Origin: Veleropilina oligotropha
Taxonomy: Eukaryota
Assembly (NCBI GenBank): GCA_048128005.1
Contig: JBEUKZ010000054.1
Span: forward strand, 1,364,001-1,428,000
Length of the DNA stretch: 64,000 nucleotides
Direction: 5' to 3'
Part shown: positions 61,101 through 64,000 of the stretch, one piece after another
How positions within the stretch are numbered: the stretch's first letter is position 1
Layout: the number at the start of each line of letters is the position of its first letter
The notes under the pieces: model-generated
Told to the model about the DNA's origin: nothing
Database searches by the model: none
Seen by the model: the letters and a program-made list of their open reading frames with translations, nothing else
Translations under genes and position numbers: made by a program

Positions 61101-62655
61101 ATGTTCTTAATATGATATGGAGAATGGCCGTAAACATCGATGCCAGTGCGTTAAAATATGTTGGTTAAAACAAAACCATGTTATGCCTCTCATATAATTG
61201 TCTAATAAATACATACAAGCCAGAGCCGACCGTTACTGGTCATCACTTGTATCAGTTTCAATGCCATGTTTATCGTCGGTTCCCGTAGCTTAGCGGTAGA
61301 GCGCCTGGACGGAATTCAGGAGATCGCGGGTTCGAGTCCCGTCGGGATATATGACATTTTAACTGATACACAAATTTCATGTTCTTAATATGATATGGAG
61401 AATGGCCGTAAACATCGATGCCAGTGCGTTAAAATATGTTGGTTAAAACAAAACCATGTTATGCCTCTCATATAATTGTCTAATAAATACATACAAGCCA
61501 GAGCCGACCGTTACTGGTCATCACTTGTATCAGTTTCAATGCCATGTTTATCGTCGGTTCCCGTAGCTTAGCGGTAGAGCGCCTGGACGGAATTCAGGAG
61601 ATCGCGGGTTCGAGTCCCGTCGGGATATATGACATTTTAACTGATACACAAATTTCATGTTCTTAATATGATATGGAGAATGGCCGTAAACATCGATTCC
61701 AGTGCGTTAATATATGTTGGTTAAAACAAAACCATGTTATGCCTCTCATATAATTGTCTAATAAATACATACAAGCCAGAGCCGACCGTTACTGGTCATC
61801 ACTTGTATCAGTTTCAATGCCATGTTTATCGTCAGTTCCTGTAGCTTAGCGGTAGAGCGCCTGGACGGAATTCAGGAGATCGCGGGTTCGAGTCCCGTCG
61901 GGATATATGACATTTTAACTGATACACAAATTTCATGTTCTTAATATGATATGGAGAATGGCCGTAAACATCGATGCCAGTGCGTTAATATATGTTGGTT
62001 AAAACAAAACCATGTTATGCCTCTCATATAATTGTCTAATAAATACATACAACCCAGAGCGGACCGTTACTGGTCATCACTTGTATCAGTTTCAATGCCA
62101 TGTTTATCGTCGGTTCCCGTAGCTTAGCGGTAGAGCGCATGGACGTAGTTCAGGAGATCGCGGGTTCGAGTCCCGTCGGGATATATGACATTTTAACTGA
62201 TACACAAATTTCATGTTCTTAATATGATATGGAGAATGGCCGTAAACATCGATGCCAGTGCGTTAATATATGTTGATTAAAACAAAACCATGTTATGCCT
62301 CTCATATAATTGTCTAATAAATACATACAACCCAGAGCGGACCGTTACTGGTCATCACTTGTATCAGTTTCAATGCCATGTTTATCGTCGGTTCCCGTAG
62401 CTTAGCGGTAGAGCGCCTGGATGGAATTCAGGAGATCGCGGGTTCGAGTCCCGTCGGGATATATGACATTTTAACTGATACACAAATTTCATGTTCTTAA
62501 TATGATATGGAGAATGGCCGTAAACATCGATGCCAGTGTGTTAATATATGTTGGTTAAAACAAAACCATGTTATGCCTCTCATATAATTGTCTAATAAAT
62601 ACATACAAGCCAGAGCCGACCGTTACTGGTCATCAATTGTATCAGTTTCAATGCT
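58137..62655 (+). repeat. Tandem array of 16 units of 278 bp, each with a tRNA-like Pol III cassette
   Basis: Cores at 58223, 58501 ... 62390; A-box TAGCTTAGCGG, B-box GGTTCGAGTCC and a TTTT run shortly downstream. Confidence 0.92.
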
Positions 62656-63110
62656 ATTAGAGCTAGTCTGAATTTATCACTACGGGACACACCGACCTAT
62701 GTCAAACGCATATATGTTGACACTTTCGTCCTGCATTTATGTAATTTACCGAGATTTTGATAAAATAAATATATAACTTCAAAACAACTACATCGATCTT
62801 TCTGGTAAAATCCTATTGTTGGTCCATCTATTAAACATAAATAACAATTGTATAATATAGAAAATTGTTTCCTTTCGTGTCACCAGCCGCTATTACACTT
62901 CTCGGTTATATTGTCATTATTTACATAATAATTGTATACTTCAATGCAAAACGCTGAGTTGTGTAGTTATCTGCCCTTTCTAGAATTTGCCGAATACATC
63001 AAATAAACAAGTGGTAAAGCACCATAAGATATAAATATTAACTATAAATTAAACTACTTCTCAATTTACATATTATTTGGATCAAGTCTGTGAATAATAG
63101 TTTGTTGCTC

Positions 63111-64000
63111 CTCATCAGGGCAATCGCCGGGGTCCGTGCTGCCGAGTTTCGGAGGAGACTCGAGCGGGCGATGAAGACGGGAAGATTCCCCTCCATCCGT
63201 GGAGATGTGGAGAAGCCCCACAAACGAGGCCGTCGTGCTCGCGAATTAAAACAGCTTAAGGACGAGGTCGACATGGCCCTCAAGGTCCGTAAATACACCT
63301 TCCAAGCTGAGAAAAAGCCCTTGCTACAACAGAAACCACTTCGTAACATCACGGATCGAATCGTCAAGCCACACCTGCACGGTCTGACTTGGTCTCGGAA
63401 AGAGACCCTTGCCCGGGCTATTGCTCGGAAGGGGCCCGATCTTCTGAGAGATCACCTAGCCTCGGATGGATATTATTCCCTTCTCATTGACGATGTCGCA
63501 GTCCTGTTCCCTGATGGGGCCTATATTAAAAGGGGTGCCGACGTCGTCCGTAAAGAGATTACTGAGGCTGTTGATGGTCGTAGATTCGACTTCCAGGCGG
63601 TTGTAAGGGGGCCTGACATCACAGACGAAGGCGCAGTGTATTGGGTATCATGTGAAAAGAGGGATCTTCGGGTGACGCTGGGCATGGCCTCGGAGGTGTT
63701 GGAGCTTCTAGACCCCGACACACAATACAAGCTGTTCACGGTAGTGGGGAAATCGGCCAAGGAGCCTCTTGCCCAAGTGACAGAGGAAGTGGGTGTCTCT
63801 GAGCAGCATATTAAGGGGAAGGGAGTGGTTCGCGGAGACCAGGTCAGCGCCGCGGCTCTTCACGGCATTGACCAGCATGCGTGGGAGAAGGGGCGAGAAT
63901 ATCTCGTCTATGTTAGGTATGAGCTGCGTCCGCTTCCGGAGCAGCAAGGAGAACCGGGGCCAATGCTAGCCCCTCAAGAAGACGGAGAGTTTGTAAACTG
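63111..64000 (+). mobile_element. Fragment of a third, diverged member of the viral family (replicase N-terminal region), running off the window
   Basis: Open frame LIRAIAGVRAAEFRRRLERAMKTGRFPSIRGD...ARKGPDLL matches ORF 46428-47513; ends LAPQEDGEFVN(C), compared with LVPMKNGDLNC. Confidence 0.8.

Noticed and set aside
58223..62470. Cluster of functional tRNA genes (nominal GGA anticodon)
   Set aside because: The acceptor stem is incomplete, U33 is missing and there is no long variable arm as expected for tRNA-Ser; treated as a tRNA-derived repeat.
58137..62655. Hammerhead-ribozyme retrozyme array
   Set aside because: The unit size fits, and the minus strand has GTGATGA next to a small hairpin, but I could not find the CUGAnGA...GAAA core.
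63111..64000. The missing right arm of copy 1
   Set aside because: It is in the opposite orientation and covers a region copy 1 still has, in a much more diverged form, so it is a separate element.

Overview
Eukaryotic, AT-rich, intron-containing DNA; the organism cannot be named from sequence alone, but it looks like an invertebrate animal. Three exons of a host long-chain acyl-CoA synthetase (ACSBG/bubblegum-like) lie at 6.7, 13.7 and 18.0 kb among LINE fragments, MITEs and Helitron-like repeats. The main content is a family of GC-rich, intronless, endogenous Polinton-like viruses. Copy 1 (18702 to ~32778) carries candidate major and minor capsid proteins, a packaging ATPase, an rve integrase and many membrane proteins, and has lost its right arm. 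Copy 2 (38052-48387) has both ~287-bp TIRs, AGCAGCAG...CTGCTGCT ends and a 5-bp TSD (GCGTT). It has a ~5.5-kb internal deletion and is inserted in a coding exon of a 9-exon MULE transposase. A third, diverged relative starts at ~63.1 kb. The most unusual feature is the replication gene: one polyprotein that appears to join an OTU-like Cys/His region, a degenerate family-B polymerase, an SF1B (RecD/Pif1-like) helicase and a C-terminal HNH-like domain. No adenain-type protease is visible. Other notable items are a membrane protein with adjacent PSAP and LYPxL late-domain-like motifs, a secreted 8-Cys protein that varies between copies, tandem duplications of the splice donor after all three host exons, and a 278-bp tandem array (18 units) built around a tRNA-like Pol III cassette. 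All protein assignments come from reading motifs by eye, not from database searches.
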